From a virus (taxonomy: Duplodnaviria > Caudoviricetes), in the IMG/VR virus record IMGVR_UViG_3300033076_000096, positions 1-26,129 of that record: a stretch of 26,129 bases of DNA. One strand, given 5' to 3'. The first letter of the stretch is position 1; each line of letters begins with the position of its first letter. Shown piece by piece: positions 7,282 through 15,604 of this stretch. A program made the translations under genes and the position numbers. A model generated the notes under the pieces. The model made no database searches. It saw nothing but the letters and a program-made list of their open reading frames with translations, and was not told the origin of the DNA.

Positions 7282-9168
7282 TTAGTTCCCCATCGCCTTA
7301 TCGATCTGCTCTTGCGAAAGCGAGGAGATCGGAACTGCGCCCTTGCCCGTCTTAACGTAGACCTGACCGTTGACCAGAGCGAAGTTCTGATAGCGGTTCG
7401 GAGCCAAACGCGCAAGTGACGGCAGAATGCGAGGCTCATACTGGAACAGCTTCTTGCTGGTAAACGCCTTGTATTCCGGCGAGTTCATAAAGTCGATCTG
7501 GTTGCCGTTCTGGCGACCCACGCGGCCAAGGTAGCTGCGGAAGATGTCGCCGTACTCCTTCTGGGCCTTGAGCGAAGCCAGGTTCGACAACTGCGCCATC
7601 TCGCGAGCTTCTGCCGTGGCGTTGCTGCCGCCCAGCGAGTTGGTGATCATCGTCAACTCCTTCTCGGAGTCGTTGCCGCCCAGCATCTGCATACGCGGCA
7701 GCGCCTGCTGCGTGATCAGGCCATCGACAATGGCAGCGTTGCTGAGATCGTCAGACTTGTAGCCCAGTGCGGCCAGAGACGTTTGCAGTTCGCGCTTCAC
7801 GCCGCCAGCAAGACCGCCGTAGTTGACGGGGCCGAGGCGACGGGAAGCGGCCAGCAGCGACTCAGCGGTGCCGATCTGCTTGGCCGCAGTGTCCGCAGCG
7901 GTCAGTGTGTCTGCCTGCCACTTGGCGTCGAGTTCGCCCCACTTATCGTCGCGGCTCTTCGTGAAGGCCGTGGTGAGGCCCGTGAGGGCCGCAGCGATGC
8001 CAGCGTTCGGGTCGGGCTTGCCGGTGTTTTCGGCGATGGCCATCTGCTGCGTGAAGCTCAAAATGAACTGCTGGGCCTGCGGCGAGGACCGATCCACGTT
8101 GCCGAACTGATCGACGAAGCCGTTAGCGCGCAGTGCGTCGTTGATGACGCGCTCGTCCAGGCTTCCGCCAAGGTTCGCTTCCTGCTGCTTACCGTAAGTG
8201 TTGTACGCCTGCGAAACTGCTGGCTGAATTGCCGTGAAGATCGACTGACGCACGTCCTGGCGCATCTCGGCGATATCTTTCTTGGCAGCAAGGCCCTGCG
8301 CGTCCAGCGCAGCGATAGCCGCCTGCGCCCTGGTTGCATATGAGCGTTCAGGGCGGAACGCCGCCGTCAGATCATTGTTCTCGCCGAGAGCGGCGTTGCG
8401 AAGCAGGCCAATCGGCAAGCCCACGATGCCCTGGAGAAAAGACAGACCCTTTTGCAGTCCGCCAACATTCTTGTCGGCAGCAAAAGCGGCCACGCGAGGA
8501 TCGTTAAGGGGCAGATTGTTCTGCTTGGCGAATGCGACTGCTTCATTGCCGAGAACCGCAGCCTGCTTCGCCGCGACGTTGGCATCGATCATGCCGTTCA
8601 TCGCGTTAAGCTGCGTCATGGCAGGATCGGCTTCAACCGCAGCCGTCTGCGGGGCCAGAGCGCCAGCGACCATGTCCTGCGTCAGGATTGGCCGCTGCTC
8701 AATCTTCGCGGGAGCGTTAGGGTTGCGGGCCAGCGTAGGCGCCACGGGATTACGCTGCGGCTGAGACTGGATCAGCAGTGCCGGTTGTGTGCCTTGACCT
8801 TGGTCCATGCTTTTTGTTCCCGTTACCTTCGCTACATAATTTCGCGTTTCAGCGGGGAGCTTGCTGGGATCGCGCCCGCTCCTCACCCACTCATCGGCCA
8901 CAGCAGGGCCAGCGTTGTACGCCACAAGAGCCGCTGTCGGATCGCCATAGCGGTTGTGCATCGCGTCCAAATAGTCGCGCCCGAACCGCACGTTTTCCTC
9001 TGGCGAGTTATTCCGCAGCGGCGTGATGCCAAACCCAGGATCGCGGCCTGTATTCGGCATGACTTGCATCAAACCGCGAGCGCCCTTCGGGCTTACGGCG
9101 TTCGGGTTGCCGTTGCTTTCGACCTGCAAAACGCGGTCATAGTAAGAGGCCATTGGGCGCTGGGTCAT
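7282..9168 (-). CDS. Virion ejection protein with an N-terminal lytic transglycosylase (SLT/GH23-like) domain
   Basis: VES (catalytic Glu), NPNAVSPKGARGLMQVMP, AYNAG and ETRNYV in the first ~115 aa, followed by a long Ala/Gln-rich region. Confidence 0.85.
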   Translation of the reverse strand: MTQRPMASYYDRVLQVESNGNPNAVSPKGARGLMQVMPNTGRDPGFGITPLRNNSPEENVRFGRDYLDAMHNRYGDPTAALVAYNAGPAVADEWVRSGRDPSKLPAETRNYVAKVTGTKSMDQGQGTQPALLIQSQPQRNPVAPTLARNPNAPAKIEQRPILTQDMVAGALAPQTAAVEADPAMTQLNAMNGMIDANVAAKQAAVLGNEAVAFAKQNNLPLNDPRVAAFAADKNVGGLQKGLSFLQGIVGLPIGLLRNAALGENNDLTAAFRPERSYATRAQAAIAALDAQGLAAKKDIAEMRQDVRQSIFTAIQPAVSQAYNTYGKQQEANLGGSLDERVINDALRANGFVDQFGNVDRSSPQAQQFILSFTQQMAIAENTGKPDPNAGIAAALTGLTTAFTKSRDDKWGELDAKWQADTLTAADTAAKQIGTAESLLAASRRLGPVNYGGLAGGVKRELQTSLAALGYKSDDLSNAAIVDGLITQQALPRMQMLGGNDSEKELTMITNSLGGSNATAEAREMAQLSNLASLKAQKEYGDIFRSYLGRVGRQNGNQIDFMNSPEYKAFTSKKLFQYEPRILPSLARLAPNRYQNFALVNGQVYVKTGKGAVPISSLSQEQIDKAMGN

Positions 9169-9716
9169 TAACCCATCCTTGTGCCAAAGGGCGACACAGG
9201 CTGCATCGCAGCCAGCACTTGCATCATCGCGTCAGCACCCACGGGCGTAGGCGGACGAACCGTCATCGTGGCGGGCTGGTAGTTCTTCGGCTTCGTGCCT
9301 TTCGGCAACGTGATCTGGAATGGCGATGTCTGCGCGGGCAGAAGACCCAGATTGACCAGTGCAGACGGCCCCTGCGGCATGAACGAAATCTGCGCCGGGG
9401 TGTAGTTGCCAGGCTTGGTGCCGGATGGCGGCGTGATGGCAATCGGAGAAGCTGACGGCGGCTGGAGAAGCTGCATTGTCGATGGCGCGACGCCAGCGGG
9501 CGCTGCTGCCGGTGTCGCCTGCGCGGGAGCGGTCATGGGCGACAACTCCGAATACAGTTTCGCGATGCCGGTGCTTCCGTTTTCCAGTGCGCCGCTCTGC
9601 GCAGCGTCGAACCACGCTTTGGCAACGGCCAAGCTCCGATCTTCGCCACCGGAGCTTGCGTCCTTGCCGCCTTGGTTTTCGCCGAAAAGCGATTTGAAGA
9701 TGCCGCCGAAGTTCAT
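9168..9716 (-). CDS. Hypothetical Pro/Ala-rich protein in the ejection-protein cluster
   Basis: 182-aa ORF filling the gap exactly, TAATG coupled to the next gene; contains an internal 15-aa repeat. Confidence 0.7.
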   Translation of the reverse strand: MNFGGIFKSLFGENQGGKDASSGGEDRSLAVAKAWFDAAQSGALENGSTGIAKLYSELSPMTAPAQATPAAAPAGVAPSTMQLLQPPSASPIAITPPSGTKPGNYTPAQISFMPQGPSALVNLGLLPAQTSPFQITLPKGTKPKNYQPATMTVRPPTPVGADAMMQVLAAMQPVSPFGTRMG

Positions 9717-9719
9717 TTC

Positions 9720-10865
9720 TTATCCAATGCTCATGTTGGCGTTGAAGGCCTTCGAGTTGCCAGTGGCCGAGTTGAAGCTCTGGCCACCGCTCTGGTCGTA
9801 GCTGTAGGCGTTGTTGAAGCTGTTGCCGAAGCTGTTGCTCGTCGAGCGATCCAGGCCGAGGCTGTTCGCGGACGACAGAACAGTCGGCGCACCGATGAAC
9901 GACTGGTACATCTGGAGGCCCTGGTAAGGGTTCATCTGGTTCTTGAACGCCGTGTCGAGAACTTGCTGCTGGTACTGGCGCAGATAGTTGCCAGTGTCCA
10001 TCGCAAGGCCCGCGTTGGTCACGCCGGTCTGATACGCCTGGTTCATGCCCTGCTGGCCCGCCTGGCCAAGGTTGTAGCCGAGCTGCGCACCCTGCCCCAT
10101 GAGGTTCGCGTTCAGCGCGTTGGTCGAAACCATCGCCTGCTGGTTTGCGAGGCCCTGCTGGGCTGCGATGCCGAGGCCCGTGTTGTAGGCGTTGCCGCGG
10201 AGCGTTGCGCCGATGTCGGCCACGCGGTCAGCCGCACCGCGCTGCGCGATAGCGTCCATCACCGCACGACGGCTAGAGCCGCTGTTGCCCGTGCCTGCGG
10301 CCATCGCTGCGTTGCCGGTAAGCTGGTTCTCGCCGAGGTTACGGACCACGTCACGGCTCGCCGCGTCGATTTGGCCTTCAAGGTACGGGTTGTACGAAGC
10401 CTGTGCGGCGGTACGCATATCGATGCCGCGCGAAGTCGGCGCGTTGTAGACGTTGCCCCCGGCCATGCGGTCAGCCGTAGCTGCGGCGGTGCCGTAGCCG
10501 CCGAGGTTGTTCAGCGACTGCATCAACTGCGTGGTGTAGATATCCTGGCCTGCGCCCGTGGCAAAGCCGTACTGCTGCGCCAAGCCACCGGCCAGCGCAG
10601 GATTGATACCGGCTACTTGCTGTTCCGGCATACCGTAGTTGCTGTAGAGGTCGTTGGCGCGGGAGTACAGCGCGTCGAGATACGGCTGCTGGCCACCGTA
10701 GATGTTCTGGCCAGACTGCGAGATGTTGATGCCAGTGCTGGCGGAGTTAGACCCCTGCTGCGAGCCGCTCTGGCTGATGTTCTCGCCAAGCGCATACTGA
10801 CCACTAACGCTTGAAGAGACGTTATTGGAGCTAGACTTGCCGCCGCCGATACCAAAAAAGCTCAT
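9720..10865 (-). CDS. Putative internal virion / ejection protein, Gly/Asn/Gln/Ser-rich
   Basis: 381 aa with QQPYL, YNPYL and GNSGSSR segments and very few charged residues; lies after the nozzle gene. Function is inferred from position and composition. Confidence 0.65.
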   Translation of the reverse strand: MSFFGIGGGKSSSNNVSSSVSGQYALGENISQSGSQQGSNSASTGINISQSGQNIYGGQQPYLDALYSRANDLYSNYGMPEQQVAGINPALAGGLAQQYGFATGAGQDIYTTQLMQSLNNLGGYGTAAATADRMAGGNVYNAPTSRGIDMRTAAQASYNPYLEGQIDAASRDVVRNLGENQLTGNAAMAAGTGNSGSSRRAVMDAIAQRGAADRVADIGATLRGNAYNTGLGIAAQQGLANQQAMVSTNALNANLMGQGAQLGYNLGQAGQQGMNQAYQTGVTNAGLAMDTGNYLRQYQQQVLDTAFKNQMNPYQGLQMYQSFIGAPTVLSSANSLGLDRSTSNSFGNSFNNAYSYDQSGGQSFNSATGNSKAFNANMSIG

Positions 10866-10874
10866 ATGCCTGTC

Positions 10875-11123
10875 CTACCCTAGGAATTTCCAAACACCGT
10901 CGATGTAGCAGTACACGCCCTTCCCGTTACCGGGATTCCAGCTAGTGCCGTCTGCGATGGCCAGTTGGCCATTCGTCGGCTTTGCCGGGGCTGCGTACAA
11001 GTAAGGGATCGTTGGTGTTTGCGCGGCTGTAAAAGCGACGGCGACACGTTGGAGTTCCTGTGTCGCCCAGCGGCGCAAGTCTTCGACCGTTTTGGCGAGG
11101 CTGGGGGCGGGGACGTAACTCAC
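10875..11123 (-). CDS. Small virion protein, possibly a tail plug or tip
   Basis: 82 aa, GTGA overlap with the nozzle stop; N-terminal helix and aromatic beta-rich C-terminus (ADGTSWNPGNGKGVYCY...W). Confidence 0.6.
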   Translation of the reverse strand: MSYVPAPSLAKTVEDLRRWATQELQRVAVAFTAAQTPTIPYLYAAPAKPTNGQLAIADGTSWNPGNGKGVYCYIDGVWKFLG

Positions 11124-12697
11124 CGCTCCGCAACCTCTTCTATGTCCAAATCAAATCCACCCAACTGCCAATACCCGTCAACGACAGAAGATTCAACCCT
11201 TAGCGCCAAGTAGCGCCCAGTTACGCGAGTATCGATTTTCCAATCGCTTTCGATAGCGAACGTCTTCTCGTTCTTCCACGTTACGGCAGCTTGTGGTGCG
11301 TTGCTGTAGCCAACCTTGATTGTGACGGTGCCGGTGCCATTGATCTGCGGGACGATCCGCTTGATCTGGATGAGGTTCTGCACCGGACGGTTCAGCACCT
11401 TGTCGAGATCGATCTTCGACGCTTCGACATAGGCCGTGTAGCCAGCGCCGCTCGCACCATACGTCTCGTTGTGGGCAAACAGCTTCGACGTGGCGAAGCC
11501 CGCACCGAACAGGCGGGTGTTACGCGCTTCCGTCTCGGCGCCCAGATCAGACCACGTTGCCGACCAGCTATCCCACGCAATGTCGAGGCTGTCCCACGTT
11601 GCGCCAGAGCCGCCACCTGTACCGCCGCCGCCGATGCCTGGCCCGACTGCCAGTGAACGGAGGTTCGGAAGGTCGCGGAAAGTGAAAGCGTCGTTCTGGT
11701 AGCTGTAGACGAGAGCGCGGTTGGCCGTTTCCTTGTCGGCAGCGTTCTTGTCGGCGTAGCAGACCCAGATTTCGCCCAGGATCGGCTCATGCACCACGAA
11801 CACCGAACGAGTGTCGGCCAGGGCGGTATAGAAGGATTCCTTGACGCGCTTGTCCACGACCGACTGCTTGGCGCTGCCGTCGTGGATGTAAATGTCATTG
11901 CGGCCCACCACAAAATGGCGGTTGTTGAAGACGCAGGCTGCACCGAGATTGATGATGCCGTCGTCGTCGAACAGTTCGCGGAATGCGAACACCAGCGGAG
12001 CGCCGATGTAGCTCATGGCGTAGGCGCCGCGTTCGGCGTAGACGATGTTGATGCCGTTCAGCGGCAGGCTGTCCACCAGACGCCCGAAGCGGCCACCGAG
12101 GATGTTTTCACCGGCCAGATTGGTCGTCGAGGTGATGTCGTAACTGCCGGGGACGCTTGTCGGGTCGAATTCATCCGACCAACGCACCGTGTACGGATAC
12201 TCGCTACCGCCTTCGCTGTAGCCAGCCATGACGAGGAACGACGTAAACGGACGCAGGCTCGTCGTGCGGAGGTTCGCAGGCCAGTTGGCGAGATCGGCGA
12301 AGTTGGTGCCGCCCGTGGCCATGTACTGGGGCTTGTCCGCCCCGTTGTTCATCAGGAAGCCGGTACCGATCTGGTTCGACTGCCACCGCGGCGAGTTGCT
12401 GTAGCCGCCTGTATAGGCCGTGGCCGTCACGTCTTCGACGGTGCTGCCGTTGAAGCGGTACAGACCGTCGTTTGAGCCGATGACAATGGAATTGCTGCTG
12501 TCCACGAACCAACCAGCCACATGGGTAGGCTGGAAGGTCAGAGACGACACCGTCGTGTAACCAAGGGCCTTGCCAATGCGGCCAGCCTGGAACTGGACGT
12601 TATTGCCCGCCGGGAACTGCGTGAGTTCCACGTCATACGGCTGCTGATCGGGGACTAGACCCCCAGCGCCGATATTCCGCAGCGGGACCATCACCAT
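11120..12697 (-). CDS. Tail nozzle / tubular protein (P22 gp10 / T7 gp12-like role)
   Basis: 525 aa, beta-rich with propeller-like periodicity (VRWSD, YIGAPLVF, GRYLALRV). Size and position before the ejection genes fit. Confidence 0.7.
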   Translation of the reverse strand: MVMVPLRNIGAGGLVPDQQPYDVELTQFPAGNNVQFQAGRIGKALGYTTVSSLTFQPTHVAGWFVDSSNSIVIGSNDGLYRFNGSTVEDVTATAYTGGYSNSPRWQSNQIGTGFLMNNGADKPQYMATGGTNFADLANWPANLRTTSLRPFTSFLVMAGYSEGGSEYPYTVRWSDEFDPTSVPGSYDITSTTNLAGENILGGRFGRLVDSLPLNGINIVYAERGAYAMSYIGAPLVFAFRELFDDDGIINLGAACVFNNRHFVVGRNDIYIHDGSAKQSVVDKRVKESFYTALADTRSVFVVHEPILGEIWVCYADKNAADKETANRALVYSYQNDAFTFRDLPNLRSLAVGPGIGGGGTGGGSGATWDSLDIAWDSWSATWSDLGAETEARNTRLFGAGFATSKLFAHNETYGASGAGYTAYVEASKIDLDKVLNRPVQNLIQIKRIVPQINGTGTVTIKVGYSNAPQAAVTWKNEKTFAIESDWKIDTRVTGRYLALRVESSVVDGYWQLGGFDLDIEEVAER

Positions 12698-13845
12698 TAA
12701 CGGTTCTCCAACTCTGCCACGCGGGCTTCAAGTTCCTTGATCGCTTCGATCAGGACACCCACGATGTTGCCGTAGGCCACGCTCTTGAGGCTGTCGCCGT
12801 GCGTCTTGACGATTTGCGGCAGCACACGCTCGACTTCTTGCGCGATGACGCCGATGTGGTCTTCGTCGTCGAGCTTGCTGGTGTAGCGGACGCCACGCAG
12901 CGCCTTCACGACGTGCAGTGCGTTCGCGAGTGTTTCGACGTTCGTCTTCAAGCGGGCGTCTGAAAACGCCGTGATGTCGCCAGTGGCGGTGATGCTGCCC
13001 GACGCTGTGATGTTGCCTGTCACTTCCGCACCGGACGACGTAACCGCCAGGCGTTCCACGTTCGCAGCTTGCAGTGACAACCGCGAACCCGCGTTGATGG
13101 CGAGATTGGCTCCGCTGGCTGAAAGCGACCCGACGCTGCTGATTGACAGCGTTCCCGACAGCGTTCCACCCGTCAGGTTGAGCTTTCCAGACAGAGAACT
13201 GTCGAGGCCAGAGATGTCGGATGTGGCGAGCGTTACAGCGCCGGTCTTACCCGCAACCGAGGTCACAGGCGCCGAAACGGTGCTGCTGATTACGCCGCCG
13301 CTGATGCTGATGCCTGTGCCAGCCGAGAACGACGCACGGGCGCGAGCCGTCGTGAAGTAAAGGTTCGTCGTGCCTTCGGGAATCTGGTCGGTATTCTGCG
13401 CCGTGCCAGTGGAGGTAATGCCCAAGTTGGTGCGGGCGTTGGTCTTCTGCGTCTCGGTCAGGCCCTGAGTCGAGATGTCGAAGCGCAGGCGGTTGTCCAG
13501 AGCCGTCTGGAGATCGGTGATCTGGCCAATTGTGTGCGTGTGATTGCTGTCCGCTTTGCCAGCGAGGCCAGCGTCCACATACCCCTTGGTGGCCGCATGG
13601 TTAGTGGCCGAAGGCGCCAGGACGGTCAACGCACCCGTCATAGTGCCGCCAGCAAGATCAAGCTTGCCGGTGACGCTATTGATCTGCGACTGCGTGACCG
13701 TCACCGCCCCCGTGACGTTCGGGAACGTGGCCTTGATCGCCGACTTGATAAGCCGGATGTGGTTATCGCCCTGGTTGGCGTTATCCGACGAGGTCGGATT
13801 AGTGGCCACCAGCCCGTCGATGAATGTCGTCGATTCAAGGCCCAT
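12697..13845 (-). CDS. Tail fibre with a C-terminal intramolecular chaperone (peptidase S74-like)
   Basis: GDITAFSDARLKTNV...IGVIAQEV...VAYGNIVGVLIEAIKEL plus a terminal coiled coil; fibre motifs HTHTIGQITDL, VTSVAGKTGAV and GGT(M/L)(T/S)G. Confidence 0.88.
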   Translation of the reverse strand: MGLESTTFIDGLVATNPTSSDNANQGDNHIRLIKSAIKATFPNVTGAVTVTQSQINSVTGKLDLAGGTMTGALTVLAPSATNHAATKGYVDAGLAGKADSNHTHTIGQITDLQTALDNRLRFDISTQGLTETQKTNARTNLGITSTGTAQNTDQIPEGTTNLYFTTARARASFSAGTGISISGGVISSTVSAPVTSVAGKTGAVTLATSDISGLDSSLSGKLNLTGGTLSGTLSISSVGSLSASGANLAINAGSRLSLQAANVERLAVTSSGAEVTGNITASGSITATGDITAFSDARLKTNVETLANALHVVKALRGVRYTSKLDDEDHIGVIAQEVERVLPQIVKTHGDSLKSVAYGNIVGVLIEAIKELEARVAELENR

Positions 13846-13856
13846 CGTTCAGTTCC

Positions 13857-14027
13857 TTAGTACAGCTTGTTGCCGCTTTCGACGCCGTGGCGAATGAAGG
13901 CGCCAAGCAAAGCGGTGAAAACAAGGTTTGCGGTGTCCATGAGATCGGCTTCGCCGGTCGCATAGGCAGCGACGGCGCTGATTACAGCGACGCCAGCGGT
14001 GATGTAGGTCTTGTAGCCTGCGAACAT
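13857..14027 (-). CDS. Putative holin (56 aa, two hydrophobic segments)
   Basis: MFAGYKTYITAGVAVISAVAAYATG...LVFTALLGAFIRHG. Strong RBS TAAGGAG before ATG 14027; lies directly after the endolysin. Confidence 0.6.
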   Translation of the reverse strand: MFAGYKTYITAGVAVISAVAAYATGEADLMDTANLVFTALLGAFIRHGVESGNKLY

Positions 14028-14037
14028 TTGCTTCTCC

Positions 14038-14421
14038 TTACGGATATTTGCGACGGGGCAGTTGCCAGTGCGGGCCGTCTTTGAAACGAATCCAATCGCC
14101 GCCCCACTCGATTGGTACGCCGACTTCCTTTGCCGCCTGCTTGATAGCGGGCGCGATCTTGCGATACAGGGGCCAATCCCAACGGATGTCGCCATCAACG
14201 TAGGGAGCGATGTCCACGGCGTGACCAGTGATGTGCCGCGATTGCATCGTCTTTGACGCTCCTGCTGCGAGAAGCTGCTTCTGCCGCTCTACCGTGCGAA
14301 CGCCTTCAATGACAGCGAAATCGACCGGCGTAATCTGAATTGCGCGCTTGATGACCTTCACCAGATCAGGGTGAACGCCTGTCAGCTTTTGCAGAGATTT
14401 TGTGCCTAGTGCGTAACCCAC
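14038..14421 (-). CDS. Endolysin, M15 family (L-Ala-D-Glu peptidase-like)
   Basis: GVHPDL, EGVRTVERQ, SRHITGHAVD (Zn ligands H and D), WGGDW and DGPHWQL. Start placed at GTG 14421. Confidence 0.9.
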   Translation of the reverse strand: MGYALGTKSLQKLTGVHPDLVKVIKRAIQITPVDFAVIEGVRTVERQKQLLAAGASKTMQSRHITGHAVDIAPYVDGDIRWDWPLYRKIAPAIKQAAKEVGVPIEWGGDWIRFKDGPHWQLPRRKYP

Positions 14422-14423
14422 GG

Positions 14424-14642
14424 TTATTGTCCCAACTTTGCCTTGGCTACGGCCCACAAAAAAGCAACCGCAGTGCCGATACCGGCCAGCCACTTGATGA
14501 ATGCCAGCACGTTTGTCGCCGTCTTCCAGGCGTCCAGAAGGTCTTTGACTTCTTGCCGAAGCCCCTTCATGTCGTCCTTCATCTGGTCGAGGTCGGCCCG
14601 CAGCAGGGCCAGCTCGACTTCTGTCGAGTGCTGTTCACTCAT
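14424..14642 (-). CDS. Coiled-coil plus single-TM membrane protein (holin/XhlA-like lysis accessory)
   Basis: Heptad N-terminus (LALLRADLDQMKDDMKGLRQEVKDL) and hydrophobic C-terminus (WLAGIGTAVAFLWAVA). TGATG coupling; precedes the endolysin. Confidence 0.6.
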   Translation of the reverse strand: MSEQHSTEVELALLRADLDQMKDDMKGLRQEVKDLLDAWKTATNVLAFIKWLAGIGTAVAFLWAVAKAKLGQ

Positions 14643-15130
14643 CAGCTCAATCCTTCGGCGGTTAGAGTTATCGTCCAATAGCGCGTGATGCCGTTGGACG
14701 TGGCGCTGACCGTGAATTCACTCTGCCGATAGGTGAAGCCGGTCGTGTTGAGATTGAAGGTGATGCCGGTGGCCGATCCGCCGCTGCTGACGGTCGCGCT
14801 GCCGTTCGTGTCGCCAGTGCGGCTCCACGTCCACACCGCAGACGTGGTGCAAGAGATCGTGACGCTGGCAGAAAGTGTGCCGAAGTCGGACAGAGCCTGG
14901 GGCGAACCAGCCGAGGTGCCGCCAGCGGGCGAGAAGGCCGTCTTTACTGTTCCGTAGAACTTCGACACAGAGATCGTGCCGCTCGACGGCACAGCACCAT
15001 TGGTGCCAGTGGCGCCAGAGGGGACATTGGCCCCGCCTGCATAGTATTCAGACATGGCGATAGGGTTCGTGCCGCCGAACTCGGTCTGCACGTTCCCTAG
15101 ACTGATCGGGCCAGAGGTCTGAAGGGCCAC
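14642..15130 (-). CDS. Putative tail-fibre tip adhesin
   Basis: N-terminal ALQTSGPISLGNVQTEFGG...MSEYY...GTISVSKFYG, a motif I recognise from fibre-tip proteins, followed by a Thr/Ser-rich beta domain. Confidence 0.6.
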   Translation of the reverse strand: MALQTSGPISLGNVQTEFGGTNPIAMSEYYAGGANVPSGATGTNGAVPSSGTISVSKFYGTVKTAFSPAGGTSAGSPQALSDFGTLSASVTISCTTSAVWTWSRTGDTNGSATVSSGGSATGITFNLNTTGFTYRQSEFTVSATSNGITRYWTITLTAEGLS

Positions 15131-15133
15131 GTC

Positions 15134-15604
15134 TTATGCTCCCGGCGCAGTCGGCCACTGGATGTTGAACGGATTACTTTGGGTTGTAATATCACGCAAA
15201 GCTTGCCGGTACGAGGCCCATTCTTGCATCTCAATGTTGGAGAGCGGCGCATCGGGCAGTTGCGTCCAATCGCAGCGCATCAGGCGGAAGTTTCGCTCAC
15301 CGCGAACAAGCCCCCACTGCGCTTCCGTGCGCGCGGCAAGTTCGGTTTCCGTCAGAGGCACGACCTCATATGACTGGTAGAAAACGCCGTCTTCGCCCTT
15401 CTTCGGCGCGACTTCAACCACCTTGTGCGTCGAATCGCATTCTGGCTGCGTGGCAAACTCGTAGCACCCGTATCCGAACGGCTCAACCGATTCCGGCGTC
15501 AACGGGTTGGGGAATGACACTGTCGGAAACAGCAGACGAAAGTTCTCGGCCAGTACGGGGTAGCCATATGCGCTACCGCTGTCGTCAATCTGAATTACGT
15601 TCAT
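15134..15604 (-). CDS. Tail fibre assembly chaperone
   Basis: C-terminal W..VR.ERN..L..CDWTQLPDAP...W..YRQALRDIT...WP motif. ATG 15604 is TGATG-coupled to the upstream gene. Confidence 0.82.
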   Translation of the reverse strand: MNVIQIDDSGSAYGYPVLAENFRLLFPTVSFPNPLTPESVEPFGYGCYEFATQPECDSTHKVVEVAPKKGEDGVFYQSYEVVPLTETELAARTEAQWGLVRGERNFRLMRCDWTQLPDAPLSNIEMQEWASYRQALRDITTQSNPFNIQWPTAPGA

